Assembly: GCF_006345805.1 (NCBI RefSeq)
Contig: NW_021824656.1
Coordinates: forward strand, 1 to 48,608
DNA length: 48,608 nt
Direction of reading: 5' to 3'
Origin: Octopus sinensis
Lineage: Eukaryota
Shown here: positions 1 to 13,379 of the stretch, piece by piece
Layout: every line of letters begins with the position of its first letter
How positions within the stretch are numbered: position 1 is the first letter of the stretch
Program-made: the position numbers and the translations under genes
Notes under the pieces: generated by a model
Databases searched by the model: none
Seen by the model: only the letters and a program-made list of their open reading frames with translations
What the model was told of the DNA's origin: nothing

Positions 1-271
1 TTGTTACCCCTGATGTTGTATATGTCCAGTTAAATTGTTTCGTCGAATGGTTTAAAGCATCATGCACTCAAATACTATAATCCCAAAAACTAAAAATCGT
101 GCCATTCACTAAACATTTAACTCACTATATAGCCACCATGATCTCAAATGGTTTTCTCCGCCATGCTTTAAAATGGCATAGTCCCCTATGCATACAAATT
201 TAATTTCCTATGCCTTCAAAAAGTTTCTCTCTGAATTCAAATGGTTTTGTCTACAATACTTAGAAAACATT

Positions 272-507
272 AAAAGGCAGCGAGCTGGCAGAACCGTTAG
301 CACGCCGGGCGAAATGCGTAGCCGTATTTCGTCTGCCGTTATGTTCTGAGTTTAAATTCCGCCGAGGTCGACTTTGCCTTTCATCCTTTCGGGGTCGATT
401 AATTAAGTACCAGATACGCACTGGGGTCGATGTAATCGACTTAATCCGTTTGTCTGTCCTTGTTTGTCCCCTCTGTGTTTAGCTCCTTATGGGTAGTAAA
501 GAAATAC
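272..507 (+). mobile_element. SINE family A, full copy with 16-bp TSD
   Basis: Head aaggcagcgagctggcagaa, B-box-like gagtttaaattcc, core gtcgactttgcctttcatcctttcggggtcga, tail gtagtaaagaaata. TSD atacttagaaaacatt at 256-271 and 508-523. Confidence 0.9.
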
Positions 508-947
508 ATACTTAGAAAACATTGAACCTGCGAATAAGCTTTAGCGAGCACGATTTCGTTTGACTATAACCTTGGAGAACGCAAAAGCCTAAGTTTACTT
601 GTTTGTTTTGTTAACGACGAACTATAACGATGCCTCTGCCAATTACTGAGCCACAGACACAAAACTTTGAGGCCACCTGCTTTAGCGTTTTCCATGAGTT
701 TAGAAAAGCGAAATCGCATCCGGCTCCCAGGTTCGAAAGGGAAAAATCGTATATTCTATATATCCTTTAACATGTGCATGTAACATTCTGCTGTCCATTA
801 ACAGTGGTTTCTTCGTTAAATTGTCGAATGATCTGGTGAATTGGATGACGTGTGTTCAAATACCCATATGGAAAAAAGGGTTCAGTTCAGTTCAGGGAAG
901 TGGGATAAGTTCTTTCATCTATACTTTAACATAAACACTGAAGATAA

Positions 948-1440
948 GAAGGTGAGCTGACAGAATCGTTAGCTAAAGGGGCAAAACACTTAAAGGCTAC
1001 GGTCGACTTTGCCTTTCATCCTTTTGGGGGTCAGTTTATTACTAAGGTCGATGTAATTGACTTAAACTTTTCCCCGAAATTGCTGGCCTTGTGTCAAGAT
1101 TTGAAACTAATATAAACGCTGAAGTTGAACACCAAGGAAAGCCGAAGCCAGCGAGGCAGCTTGACAAGGTGAATGGAACTGCTACAAATTAAAACTAATC
1201 ATTGAAAATGATTACTGATTGAAGCCAACAGGTTTGAGGCTAAATGTTAGTCGACATCATCGTCTCCAGGACTTGACAAGCATTTTATTTTATCGACCCT
1301 GAAATCGATAAAAGGCAAAGATGTTCTCGGCGGAATTGGAATTCATAACGCAATAAACGAGGATAAATATCACAAAGTATTTTTTCCCGGAAGGATTAAA
1401 GGCAATGTTGATCCCGGAAGAATTTTAACTCCACTACACG
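948..1440. mobile_element. Degenerate SINE family A fragments (one plus, two minus)
   Basis: Diverged core motifs gtcgactttgcctttcatcc (~1002) and reverse-complement ...gataaaaggcaaag...cggcggaatt (~1300-1440). Confidence 0.6.
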
Positions 1441-2099
1441 CGTCTTTCTCTGGCGTTCTAACGATTCTCCCAGGTTGATCTCTCTAAAAATGAAAGAAAA
1501 ATTCTTTATCTGATAACACACATTAATAACATTTTCTTGTCCGCGATGTTTTTGTTGTTGTTGTTGTTGTTGTGTGGGGCCCCAGGTCAGCCATAACCTA
1601 GCAGACTTATGATTAACAGCCATTCAGGCCAATGTATCTGATGCGAACTTCCCTTTCTTTTTCGGGGAACAGTTGTGAATTCAAAGGAAATTTATCTCCT
1701 ACTTCTAACTGATCAAACGGTACCGTAGAGGCTTCACTGTTATTTTGCTATGGGGAAATTAATATGGAATTTACAATTTCAATTTCAATTATTCGAGGTT
1801 TAGCAAATAATTTGAGATCTAGAGGGATTGTATCATGAACCAAGCTACACAGGTACTATAGAAACAAGGAGAAATGACAATACTAATAACAATTTTTAAG
1901 TACATGAACGACGATAAAATACATTTCCACGATTCACGTATTCTTAAATAAATGCCGCTGTATATTTAAATAATTCGTGTCAAAGAAAGATTACCTCAAT
2001 CTCATTCGATTTATCTTCCTTTGCGGCTATTTTATCGTAGTTTCTTCTCATGAAGGCTAAGCGGGCAGGAACTTCGAAGTATATACACCAGTCACGTAT

Positions 2100-2499
2100 A
2101 AGGCGGCGAGCAGGCAGAAATGTTAGCACGCCGGACGAAATGCTTAGCGGTATTTCGTCAGTTTTTACGTTCTGAGTTCAAATTCCACCGAGGTCGACTT
2201 TGCCTTTCATCCTTTCGGGGTCGATTAAATAAGTACCAGTTACGCACTGGGATCGATATAATCGACTTAATCCGTTTGTCTGTCCTTGTTTATTCTCTCT
2301 GTGTTTAGCCCCTTGTGGGTAGTAAAGAAATGGGTATTTCGTCTGTCTTTATGTTCTGAGTTCAAATTCCGCCGAGGTCGACTTTGCCTTTCATCCTTTC
2401 GGGGTCGATTAAATAAGCACCAGTTATGTACTGGGGTCGATATAATCGACTTAATTCGTTTATCTGTCCTTGTTCGTCCCCTCTGTGTGTAGCTCCTTG
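2100..2499 (+). mobile_element. SINE family A, full copy plus tandem 5'-truncated copy
   Basis: Family A sequence. The second unit restarts at ggtatttcgtc directly after the tail aaagaaat. Confidence 0.9.
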
Positions 2500-2811
2500 A
2501 CTTTGAAGTCATAATCCATACTATTATATTACTCCTGTTAAAGTGTGATAAATATGTACTCTTCAAAAGTAGTGAATAATCCCTCGGATTAATGTAAAAT
2601 TGTCATTATAACTCAACATAAAAGCAAACATTAATACATCTATATATATTTACACACACACACAACACAGTCGTACACACATAAATACATATACTCATAT
2701 ATATGCACTAACGTGCACATATATATTCGTGAGAGAAGAGAACAACATACACCCTTGAGAAAAAATTTCCACTACAAAAACTAAAAGTGCAGTAATAAAT
2801 CAAATATATAT

Positions 2812-3200
2812 ACTTTTTACTCTTTACTCATGTACTTGTTTCAGTCATTTGATTGCGGCCATACTGGAAATCGACCCCGGGACTTATTCTTTGTAAGGCC
2901 AGTACTTATTCTATCGGTCTCTTTTGCCGAACCGCTAAGTGACGGGGACGTAAACACACCAGCATCGGTTGTCAAGCAATGCTAGGGGAACAAACACAGA
3001 CACACAAACACACACGCACATATATATGTATATACATATATACGACGGGCTTCTTTCAGTTTCCGTCTACCAAATCCACTCACAAGGCTTTGGTTGGCCC
3101 GAGGCTATAGTAGAAGACACTTGCCCAAGGTGCCACGCAGTGGGATTGAACCCGGAACCATGTGGTTGGTACACAAGCTACTTACCACACAGCCACTCCT
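2812..3200 (-). mobile_element. SINE family B (bipartite, CORE-like domain, internal microsatellite)
   Basis: Reverse complement of aggagtggctgtgtggtaagtagc...gggttcaatcccactgcgtggcaccttgggcaagtgtctt...(TA/TG)n...cggttcggcaaaagagaccgatag...gagtaaaa tail. Confidence 0.9.
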
Positions 3201-3848
3201 GAAATTAGATACCAAAGATGGCACTAGCAAAGTTTGTGCTTGCTCAGCGCTGTTGCGTGATCGTTTCTCAACGATAAGCAAAACGGAAGACGGTTTGTAA
3301 ACTATTAAAGTAAATAGAAAACGAAGACATTTTTCTTGCTTGCTTTTTCTGATTTTCAAGAATGTTCAAAGCCTGTTATATCATGCACATATATATCTTG
3401 TCTGCATTTGAAAGAAAAATTAATTTCGATATTCTAACTTATTATTTTTAATATATTTTGAGTTAGATAAATATAATTGCTTTTGCTGGCAATATTATAA
3501 TTTAAAAAAAAAACACTTTATATATAGATAGTAGAACGATGTAATATATAAATTATTTAAATATTTCTGATGCTGTTCTGTGACATTAAAGTCTGTATGT
3601 CATGTAAGATCCACAGAATGAAAGATGTATTAAAATAATTATATATAGTGCATCGTAGTATTTTTATTTAGGTAGGGAAGTTATATTCTTCCTTCTTAAT
3701 ACTTATTGAGAGAATATGTAGCACTCAAATGCATACTTCTACATAAAAATATATTACGTTAACATTTGGCTTTTATATGAAAATTATATTTAATTAATCC
3801 GTTTCTGTTACTAGTTGAAAGAGGTATAAGGCATAACTTGTGCGTGTG

Positions 3849-4173
3849 CATATATGTGTATGTGTATGTGTGATATATATATATATATACATATATGATA
3901 TATATATATAGCATATATACATATATATACATTTATATACATATACATACATATATATATATATATATACATATATATATACATATACATACATATACAT
4001 ATATATATACATATATATACATATATATACATATATATACATATACAGGCATATATATACATATACATACATATACATGCATATACATACATATATATAT
4101 ACATATACATATATATATACATATACATATATATACATATATATACTTATATATACATATATACATATACATA

Positions 4174-4205
<32 letters not shown>

Positions 4206-4443
4206 ATATATACATATATATACATATACATATATATATATACATTATATACATCTATATACATATAAATACATTATATATATATATATACATATAGATA
4301 TACATATATACATATATACATATATATACTATACATACATATATACATATATATTATATAATATACATATATATCATATATATATACATATTATACATAT
4401 ATACATTATATACATATACATATATATACATATATATAGATAC

Positions 4444-4500
<57 letters not shown>
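3849..4500. repeat. Complex (TA)n/(CATATA)n microsatellite followed by (TG)n
   Basis: Directly visible. Confidence 0.95.
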
Positions 4501-4501
<1 letters not shown>

Positions 4502-4994
4502 TTGTATACGCCAAATATGTGTGGTTAGAAAGTTCGCCACCTCAGGCAATAGCTTTATTTCTTGTTATCTATATCTTCTTTCTAGTAACTTGTATTGCTA
4601 GGACGATAAGATATTTGTTTCCATTCAGTGTATACGTTATTATATACACATATGCTGTGAGTTCAAAAGATATCCGACTTTATTCTTTCCAACAACACTA
4701 ACGACGCGTGGGCAAAATCTTTTCGTTGGGAGGCGACAATAGCCCTCCCGATACGAACAAATAAACATGAAACTCATAGATCCAAATTCTCTGCTCTTTT
4801 GTAAATTCCTATTATTTTTTTCTCTGCACTGATGAGTACAATAATATTTGCAAATTCAAAAGTGAAATCATATCTATGCACGAAACGGTTGTATGCATGA
4901 AGAAACTTCTTACACCCTTTTAACATCTTATCTTTTCTATTTGGATTTGATTTGATTGGATTTATAGGACTTCATTCCAGAAATTAATCATACA

Positions 4995-5054
<60 letters not shown>

Positions 5055-5138
5055 GTGTGTGTGTTGTGTGTGTGTGTGTACATACTCGTACACACACACA
5101 TACTCACATGCATATATTGACACAAAATATCTACCTAT

Positions 5139-5173
<35 letters not shown>

Positions 5174-5413
5174 GATATATATATATACACTTTCTCTCTA
5201 AGATATATATTATTAAATTTATTCTTAAATTTATTATCAGAAAGGTTAAGTTGAATCGAAAGATATATGTAGGTTTTTGGCATCAGCCAATTCTTTTAGA
5301 GCTTTACAATTTCTAATTTTTGTATATTGTTTTTATGAAAGATTGAGACATCTTTATATCATACAAATAAAATATTTATGCATCCATTATTCTCAAATGT
5401 CTTTCTTTCAGTA

Positions 5414-5445
<32 letters not shown>

Positions 5446-5594
5446 GTGCTTCAGTGGTGTTAACGTCATGAAAAATATGCAGAAGTAATTAATTACGCTA
5501 GTTTTAATTTTTCTTTGTGTGCATATATACATATATAGAGATATATATACATATATATATATATGTATATATATATGTATATATATATATATAT

Positions 5595-5821
5595 AATAGT
5601 TATCGCCATACTAATATGGCATTCTTATAAAAATAAGAAAAAAGCTGTCCGCTTATTAGCTCCATGAGGCCATCGCCTTAAGTTAGCTATTTGATACACA
5701 AACTGTATCCATATAACCTTCGAACAAGGGAGGTCAGTCGCTCCACACTACTTGACCGGCAGCTACAGACGCGTTTCGGGGTATTGCCCCTTTTAGAGAG
5801 ACTTAGTTATTTTAATATTTC

Positions 5822-5822
<1 letters not shown>
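5595..5822 (-). mobile_element. Short repeat (family I) flanked by (TA)n with the 3' half of a hammerhead-like motif; PLE pLTR-like
   Basis: Minus strand GGGG-caata-CCCC-GAAAC-GC-GTC at 5790-5768. Homologous to 31925-32108 in opposite orientation. Confidence 0.6.
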
Positions 5823-5875
<53 letters not shown>

Positions 5876-5954
5876 AGGAAGTATAACTCCAAACTTACAG
5901 GGGGAAATTCAATTTAGTATTAAATCAAATTTCGCAATATAAATACATAAAGTA

Positions 5955-6194
5955 TAAATTAGAGATATAACCACTATTATGCAACTCAAACAGTTATAGA
6001 CATAAACCAAACATAAATAACAAATATAGATATTTTTATAAAACATACAACTAGATCTCAAAAAGTATAAAAACGAATAATCAATATATAATAGTATATA
6101 ATAAGTATTTTATAAAAATATTTACTATTTGTTATTTATGTTTTGGTTTATGTCTATCACTGAGTTGCATAATAGTGGTTTTATCTCTAATTTA
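5955..6194. repeat. Inverted repeat, ~85-95 bp arms
   Basis: taaattagagatataaccactattatgcaactc...tattttt (5955-6037) versus the reverse complement at 6114-6194. Confidence 0.85.
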
Positions 6195-6334
6195 TATTAT
6201 ATATATATACACTCATACATATATATACATATACACATATATATTTAGATGTGTGTACGCGCATGTGTGTACGCGCATGTGTGTACGCGCATGTGTGTAC
6301 GCGCATGTGTGTGTGCGTGTGTGTGAGTTTTGTC

Positions 6335-6512
6335 TTCTTGACAACGGCTGTTGGTGTGTTTACGTCCCCGTCACTTAGTGGTTCAGTAAAAAAGACTGAA
6401 AAATTAAGTACCGGGCTTTAGGAAATTAGTACTATGGTCGAGGCATTCGACTAAAATTCTTGAATGTGGTGCCCCTGCATGACCGTAGTTCGACGACTGA
6501 AACAGATATAAA

Positions 6513-6556
<44 letters not shown>

Positions 6557-6669
6557 ACCTTGGGCAAGTGTCTTCTACTATAGCCTCAGACCGACCAAAG
6601 TCTTTTGAGTGGATTTGGTAGACGGAAACTGAAAGAAGCCCGTCGTATATATATATATATATATATATA

Positions 6670-6711
<42 letters not shown>

Positions 6712-6935
6712 GTATGTGTGTGTATATGTTTGTGTGTCTTTGTTTGTCTCCCAACATCGCCTGACAATCGATGGTGGTGTGCTTACGTCCCCGTAACGTA
6801 GCGGTTCGGCAAAACAGATCGATAGAATCAATACTAGGCTTCCAAAGAATAATTCCTGGGGTCGATTTGCTCGACTAAAGACAGTGCTCCAGCATGGCCC
6901 AGTCAAATGTCTGAAACAAGTAAAAGATTAAAGAG
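6335..6935 (+). mobile_element. SINE family B: isolated 3' half plus 5'-truncated copy
   Basis: 3' half gtttacgtccccgtcacttag (6358) and copy ccttgggcaagtgtctt...gaaacaagtaaaag (6556-6935). Confidence 0.8.
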
Positions 6936-7712
6936 CATATATATATATATAATATATATATATATTATATATATATTATTTATTTATTTATTTATTTATT
7001 TGGTAAAGGGAGATCAATAAAATATATATGCGTCTGAAAAATCAAATGCTGTGGTTTGAAGCCGGTGCCCTTGCCTGGCAACAGTTAGATTAATAATTGA
7101 AACCAACACAAGAAGACACAATAATAAATTAATTTCATTCTGAAGAAGAATTCAATAGCTGAGAAAATTAATTTCTAACAAGTCCATCTTTTGCCTGTCT
7201 CCATACATGTTCTATAACAATAGAACGGTATAATTGTCTACAATAGTGTAGCAATAGAAAAGCGCCCTGTCTTCTTCGTGCAGCATTATAGACATTGAAA
7301 ATACTGTCTATACATTCATGATGTAACGTTGGTCGATATATTCGCCAACACCCTCCCACGAAATCTCCCTTTATTTTATAGACATAAATAATCAATAATA
7401 TCCGATACCTGATAAACACAACTGGTGGGGAATAATTTCTTTCCTCTTCCTATATCTCAATCTCCTATTATAAGAATTGGAAATGAGCAACAAACAGTAT
7501 GCCCTGCGGTGTTTCTCCAGGTCTCTACGATCTGAATTCAAATTCGTCCAAAGTCATGTGTACCTTTTATCATTTTCGGTGTCTATATATAATGAACCAA
7601 TCCAGTTTCGTGAACAATACTACCCCCTCTCTTTCTCTCTTTCTCTCTCTCTCATTCTCTCTGTCTCTTATTTATCTGTCTATCTGTCACGCTTTCTTTA
7701 TCTCTCTTGTCT

Positions 7713-8605
7713 CTTTTCAATCTGAACAAGACACTTCAGAAACAGCTTGACGGTACATACAGAAGGATAAGGCAGCGAGCTGGCAGAATCGTTAGCAAGC
7801 CGGGCGAAATGCTTAGCGGTATTTCGTCTGCGTTACGTTGTGAGTTCAAATTCCGCCGAGGTCCACTTTGCCTTTCATCCTTTCGGGGTCGATAAATTAA
7901 GTATCAGTTACGCACTGGGCTCGATGTAATCGACTTAATACCTATGTCTGTCCTTGTTTGTCCCCTCTGTGTTCAGCCCCTTGTGGGTAATAAAGAAATA
8001 GGTACATACAGAAGGATAAGGCGGCGAGCTGGCAGAATCGTTAGCAAGCCGGGCGAAATGCGTAGCCGTATTTCGTCTGCCGTTACGTTCTGGGTTCAAA
8101 TTCCGCCGAGGTCCACTTTGCCTTTCATCATTTCGGGGTCGATAAATTAAATACCAGTTACGCACTGGGGTCGATGTAATCGACTTAATCCGTTCGTCTG
8201 CCCTTGTTTGTCCCCTCTGTGTTTAGCCCCTTGTGGGTAGTAAAGAAATAGGTACATAAAGAAGAATGTTTCGTGCAGTTCTCAATCTTTTTTGGCAACA
8301 ACAGTCAACAATGCTGTGGGTATCTTTGCCAAGCAAATGCACGGTGGCTTTCCGACCATTTCCTCGGTATTCCGAGAAAGAAAAACAGGTTAAGCATGAC
8401 ATTGCTGGAGAAGCAATGATAACATACCCTGCAATTTTCTCCTCTGGAAACCACAGTGAGACTTGCGGGTACGGCAGACCAGGAACTTATATCAATCAAC
8501 TCGTAGCAAACGCTGGGAATCAAGTTGAAGATATGAAAACTGCTATGAAAGATCGGGACATCTGGCGTGAAAGAATCAGGGCAAGTCGCCTTACTGAATT
8601 CATAG
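7713..8605 (+). pseudogene. Decayed RTE-type LINE, C-terminal ORF fragment interrupted by two SINEs
   Basis: Across frameshifts reads LNKTLQKQLDGTYRR|MFRAVLN.FWQQ..T..HGGFPTISSVFRER..HCWRS...LLWKP..GRPGTYINQL....EDMKTAMKDRDIWRERIRAS, which follows the recalled RTE C-terminal consensus. Confidence 0.75.
7769..8250 (+). mobile_element. Two tandem SINE family A copies inside the RTE fragment
   Basis: Units 7769-8000 and 8018-8250. The 17-mer ggtacata(c/a)agaag(g/a)at occurs at 7752, 8001 and 8251. Confidence 0.9.
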
Positions 8606-8769
8606 ACAAAATAGATACCCTCTCTCTCTCCCTTCTTTGTGTCCCTCTCTCTCTAAATTGTAGCAATGATAGAAAAGCCCAGGCCGTGTCACATAGTATT
8701 CTTGCCCAGACATCTTACCTGTCTATATTTTCTTACGAAGTTGGGGAACATGTGGGAAGAGAAAGGGTT

Positions 8770-9050
8770 GAATAGGAGGTGGCGGAAAGTGCGTTGGCGG
8801 GTAGGATGGAGCGATGTTTGCTAAGAGGAAAGGGAGACGGGAGAGTGGGATGAACGCGCGGAGACGGGGTGGATGGTGATAAATAGACCGAGCGCGGGCG
8901 AGGCCAGTTTGGATAACAGCGGTAGTGTATCCTCGTTTAGGGATGTGGTGAGCCATGAGTTACGATTGGGTCTCGGGATCATGGTTGCCACTGCAGAGCT
9001 ACAGAGACGGAGTAACTGAGAGTAAAGGGTGTTTAGTTCAGCATCGTGAA
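8770..9050 (-). pseudogene. Penelope-like element RT thumb/linker fragment
   Basis: Frameshifted YSQLLRLCS / CSGNHDPETQS*LMAHHIPKRGYTTAVIQTGLARARS resembles PLE IPYSQFLRLRRLCS...RGY...I..AL.RARS. Confidence 0.65.
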
Positions 9051-9566
9051 CCCATTGCCTGCATAATCCCTATTTGGAGATCTTCTAAAAACAGTCTCAC
9101 TCCTGGTTGTTCGTTGCATTTGAAGTGAATTGCTTATGTTAATTGCATTTGCAGAGGTGTGTTTAACATATTTAGTAATTAAAGTTTGTCATTATTAGTT
9201 CTGGTTAATTCTAGAGGACATTTTCTATCATAAATCGCAATTTTTGAACTGCAAAAATATTGACTGTTTTGAAAATGTTTCTCCTTTTTATAATTCCCAT
9301 CTATATCATTCCTTGATATTTCATACACATCACCATTTGATACTATAGTTCAAAAAAAAAAAAAACTAAAATGTTTATTATTGGAATGGAATAGAAAATG
9401 ATAAATATGCTTTTTTCAGCAATCCCCATTTGGGACTTTTCGAAAAGAATATGATAATTTCCAAAATAGTCCACATATAAAGTAAATTTAAATACCATAT
9501 TATTTTAACTCCTAAGACACCTGACAAAGCCAAAAGATGTGCAAAAGAAATTTGGCAGTAAATGGG
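9051..9566. mobile_element. Possible non-autonomous DNA transposon with CCC...GGG ends (piggyBac-like) splitting the PLE RT
   Basis: Left end cccattgcctgc versus right-end reverse complement cccatttactgc. Flanks tgaa/taaa are imperfect TTAA. Confidence 0.3.
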
Positions 9567-9780
9567 TAAAGAGAGTAGTAGTTGATGGCAACGGAAATAT
9601 CGAGGAAGTTTACGGCGATGCTGGAGACGGAGCAGAATTCATGCGTGGGGTGGAAGGATAGAAATAAAGAAAGAGAGGAGTTGAGTTGCTTGCTGGGGAG
9701 TGAAGTTGTGCCGATATATCAACGACGTACCGACCGTATAGCTCAGGAATTAGACCGATAAACTGCGAGAGTATTAGGGC
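9567..9780 (-). pseudogene. Penelope-like element RT core fragment
   Basis: PELYGRYVVD (9747-9718; degenerate RYxDD), then after a frameshift IGTTSL...SFHPTHEF....AVNFLDISV (FLDI at 9607-9596). Confidence 0.7.
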
Positions 9781-9784
9781 ACTA

Positions 9785-10110
9785 CGAGGCTCAGGGTTCA
9801 GTCCCACCGAATGGCACCTTCGGGTCGACAAATGCCTTGAGAGTGGATTTAGTAGATGGAAAAGAAACCCGTTGTACATATATGGAGGGGAGGGACTTTA
9901 GGTCTGTGTGTGTCCACGTCCACCGCTGGACAACGTTGTCGGTGTGTTTACGTACCTGTTACTTAGCGGTTCGACAAAAGAAAGTGCAAGGCTTTAAAAC
10001 TATAAGAACTGGGGTCAATTCGTGCAACTAAAATTCTTCAAGGCGGTGCTCCACCATGGTCGCAGTCTAATGACTGAAACAAATACGTAAAAGATAATAG
10101 ATAAAAGATA
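9785..10110 (+). mobile_element. Degenerate SINE family B
   Basis: gggttcagtcccac...gagtggatt...cttagcggttcgacaaaag...gactgaaacaa. Confidence 0.7.
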
Positions 10111-10246
10111 TGTCGTATTTGTTTTTTGGTTTGTCAAATTCTTGACATGAACTCGCGTGTTGAAAAGCGTGTGTTCATCAATGGTGTGATGACCCTCTCA
10201 AGAGACAATCAAAAGACGACGAAAATTAAAAACAAATACAAAATAA

Positions 10247-10650
10247 CTACTCTTTTGCTCTTTTACTTGTTTCAGTCATTTGACTGTGGCCATGTTGGAG
10301 CACCGCCTTTAGTTGAGCAAATCGACCACAGGACTTATTCTTTGTAAGCCTAGTACTTATTCTATCGGTTTCTTTTGCCGAACCGCTACGTTACGGTGAC
10401 GTAAACACGCCAGCATCGGTTGTCAAGCGATGTTAGGGGGACAAACACAGACACACAAACATATACACACATACATATGTACATATATACGACTGGCTTC
10501 TTTCAGTTTCCGTCTACCAAATCCACTCACAAAGCTTTGGTCGACCCGTGGCTATGGTAGAAGAGACTTGCCCAAGGTGCCACGCAGTGGGACTGAACCC
10601 GAGACTATGTGGTTTGTAAACAAGCTACTTACCACACAGCCACTCCTACG
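10247..10650 (-). mobile_element. SINE family B, full length
   Basis: Family B sequence, reverse complement. Confidence 0.9.
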
Positions 10651-10737
10651 CCTATAACAATATTTAAACAACAAATATTTACTACAACAAATATTTAAAC
10701 TAACAAGCCATAAAATAAACATTTCTAAATAGCGCAT

Positions 10738-10975
10738 GGTGGAGGCACATGGCCTAGTGGTTAGAGAAGGGGACTCGTGGTCGAGGGATCGCGGGTTCGA
10801 ATCTCAGATCGGGCGATGTGTGTGTTTACGATCGAAACATCTAAGCTCCACGCGGCTCCGGCAGAAGGTAATGGCGAACTTCTGATGACTCTTTCGCCTA
10901 AACTTTCTCTTATTCTTTCCTCCTGCATTAGCAGCTCATCTGCGACAGTCTAGGTGAGGAACCCATACGCCAATC
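10738..10975 (+). mobile_element. tRNA-derived SINE family C (head 1 variant)
   Basis: A box tggcctagtggttag, B box gggttcgaatc, then ctaagctccacgcggctccggcagaagg body. Confidence 0.8.
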
Positions 10976-11582
10976 AAACCGACCATTTATGTACCAGACA
11001 TGGCTCGAGAAGGAAAAAACAGTAACAGCAGCAACAAATAGCTCATGAGAAATCATTCTGATAATTATTCTATTCCTGAGGAATCGTTCTATTCCCGATT
11101 ATAATCACAGAAAGTATTGGTCTAAAAGACGTTTGCTTCATGAATTGTATATTTCTAAATGTATTTTGCGACAAATCTGTGAAGTAAGATTTATAATACA
11201 ATTAAGATGGAAAAGAAATAAATAGAAATGGGGTTAGAAAGTAATTAAATAACTGTTTCGTTGAAGGGATGGAGTGAACAATGGTGCAGTCGTAGAAGGT
11301 TCCATGTATAGATCGAACCTGGAGGAATAACAATTATTATGATTTATTCTATTTAACGATTTCTTTTCTGCTAAATTGATTGAAATACAAAGAAAATAAC
11401 AGTAAAAAGATAAAAGAAGAAATTCCATTTATATGCAATGTAGGAAGCACACAGCTCATTTGTATCTATTTTTGTATATATAAATTCTTGCATATATAAA
11501 TGCATGCATGCAGAACTCGCACACGCGCAGAAATTTATGCGAGTATATATATATATATATATACATGCACAAGCACACAGAA

Positions 11583-11628
<46 letters not shown>

Positions 11629-12099
11629 CCAAACATACCCACGATTACATATATATATCCACACACATATATATGTGTGTATACACACATACATCTACAC
11701 ATGCTTATATACAAATCTGTGCTTTATATAAAATATCTATAATATTTACATGTACTCACTTACATGTTCATATATATATACATACACACGTATAACACAC
11801 GCAGATTTATATATGCGTACATATATACATACACAAATACATATACACCTACATACACACACATACACATATATGCATATAAATATACATATACATATAT
11901 ATATATATACATATATGATACATACATACACACACTACACATATACATATATATATATATAACACATACATATGCACACACGTACATATACAAATCATAC
12001 ATACGTGTATCTATGTGTATTATCACACCTGCACGTATATGCACATATGCCACGCATACATACATAATACATAGATACGTACATATATATACTTAATTA

Positions 12100-12560
12100 A
12101 ATTATTGTGATCTTCAAGTATGAAAGAGGAATTAGATAAGCATTACGAGTTAATAGATTTATAAGGTTATTAGGGATTACCTAAGAAGTATAGTGGAAAT
12201 ATACTGCGTGGTTGTTTAGGCATTTGGATTTGTGGTAGAATTTGAATGTGTGAAAAAAGTGGTGGTTGCATGTGCTTAGGGCCTCATTATGTTTATTTAG
12301 CGGTGTTGAAAAGTTCTGCTCCAATATATGAAGTGCCTCCTTCAGGCAAAACTTGCAGGTTGAGCGTTGACTTTGGTATGGAAACCCTAAATCCAATATG
12401 GACCATGACAAAGTATAGGGTATATTTGTATTTTTAGATGATATATGTGACTGGCGAGTGTTGTAGATTTAGGTGAGCGGCATATCGTTCTTTAAAATTT
12501 ATGGTTGATCCGATGTATGTGGCAGTACAATTGTGTAATATGTATTTGTAAAAAGTTAAC
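12100..12560 (-). pseudogene. Penelope-like element 3' end, GIY-YIG endonuclease fragment (copy 1)
   Basis: FYKYILHNCTATYIGSTINFKERYAAH (YIGST at 12517-12503) and WSILDLGFPYQSQRSTCKFCLKEALHIL....PLNKHNEALSTCNH, typical of the PLE GIY-YIG C-terminus. Confidence 0.8.
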
Positions 12561-12819
12561 GTTATTTAATAAACAGCTATATATAACAAACAAATGAAAT
12601 GAAGAAATGAATACCCGGAAATCTGCCTCAAATTCTTGCATCAAAATAGACGTGGCTAAAGATACCCAAGATTGTGCAAACTCAGTTGGTAATGATAAAC
12701 CAGATAGCCAAGAATAGTAATAGTATCTGAGAAATATGAGCTTCCATGTAGTTTCCAGCGATCAAATTTCACTCAATGCCTCGCGCATTTGGAAGACGGA
12801 AACTGAAAGAAACTTATAG

Positions 12820-12898
<79 letters not shown>

Positions 12899-13379
12899 CC
12901 AAACATACCCACGATTACATATATATATCCACACACATATATATGTGTGTATACACACATACATCTACACATGCTTATATACAAATATGTGCTTTATATA
13001 AAATATCTATAAATATTTACATGTACTCACTTACATGTTCATATATATATACATACACACGTATAAACACGCAGATTTATATATGCGTACATATATACAT
13101 ACACAAATACATACATATACACCTACATACACACACATACACATATATGCATATAAATATACATATACATATATATATATATATATACATATATGATACA
13201 TACATACACACACATACACATATACATATATATATATATAACACATACATATGCACACACGTACATATACAAACTCATACATACGTGTATCTATGTGTAT
13301 TATCACACCTGCACGTATATGCACATATGCCACGCATACATACATAATACATAGATACGTACATATATATACTTAATTA

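Noticed and set aside
3794-4268. Many ORFs rich in Y/I/M/C/V/H/T (also at 11.4-13.3, 16.7-17.5, 19.2, 25.7, 31.3, 40.2, 42.2 and 46.8-47.7 kb)
   Set aside because: These are translations of stop-free microsatellites, not genes.
8266-8775. 169-aa ORF as a host gene
   Set aside because: It is a frameshifted RTE LINE remnant running into microsatellite and flanking sequence.
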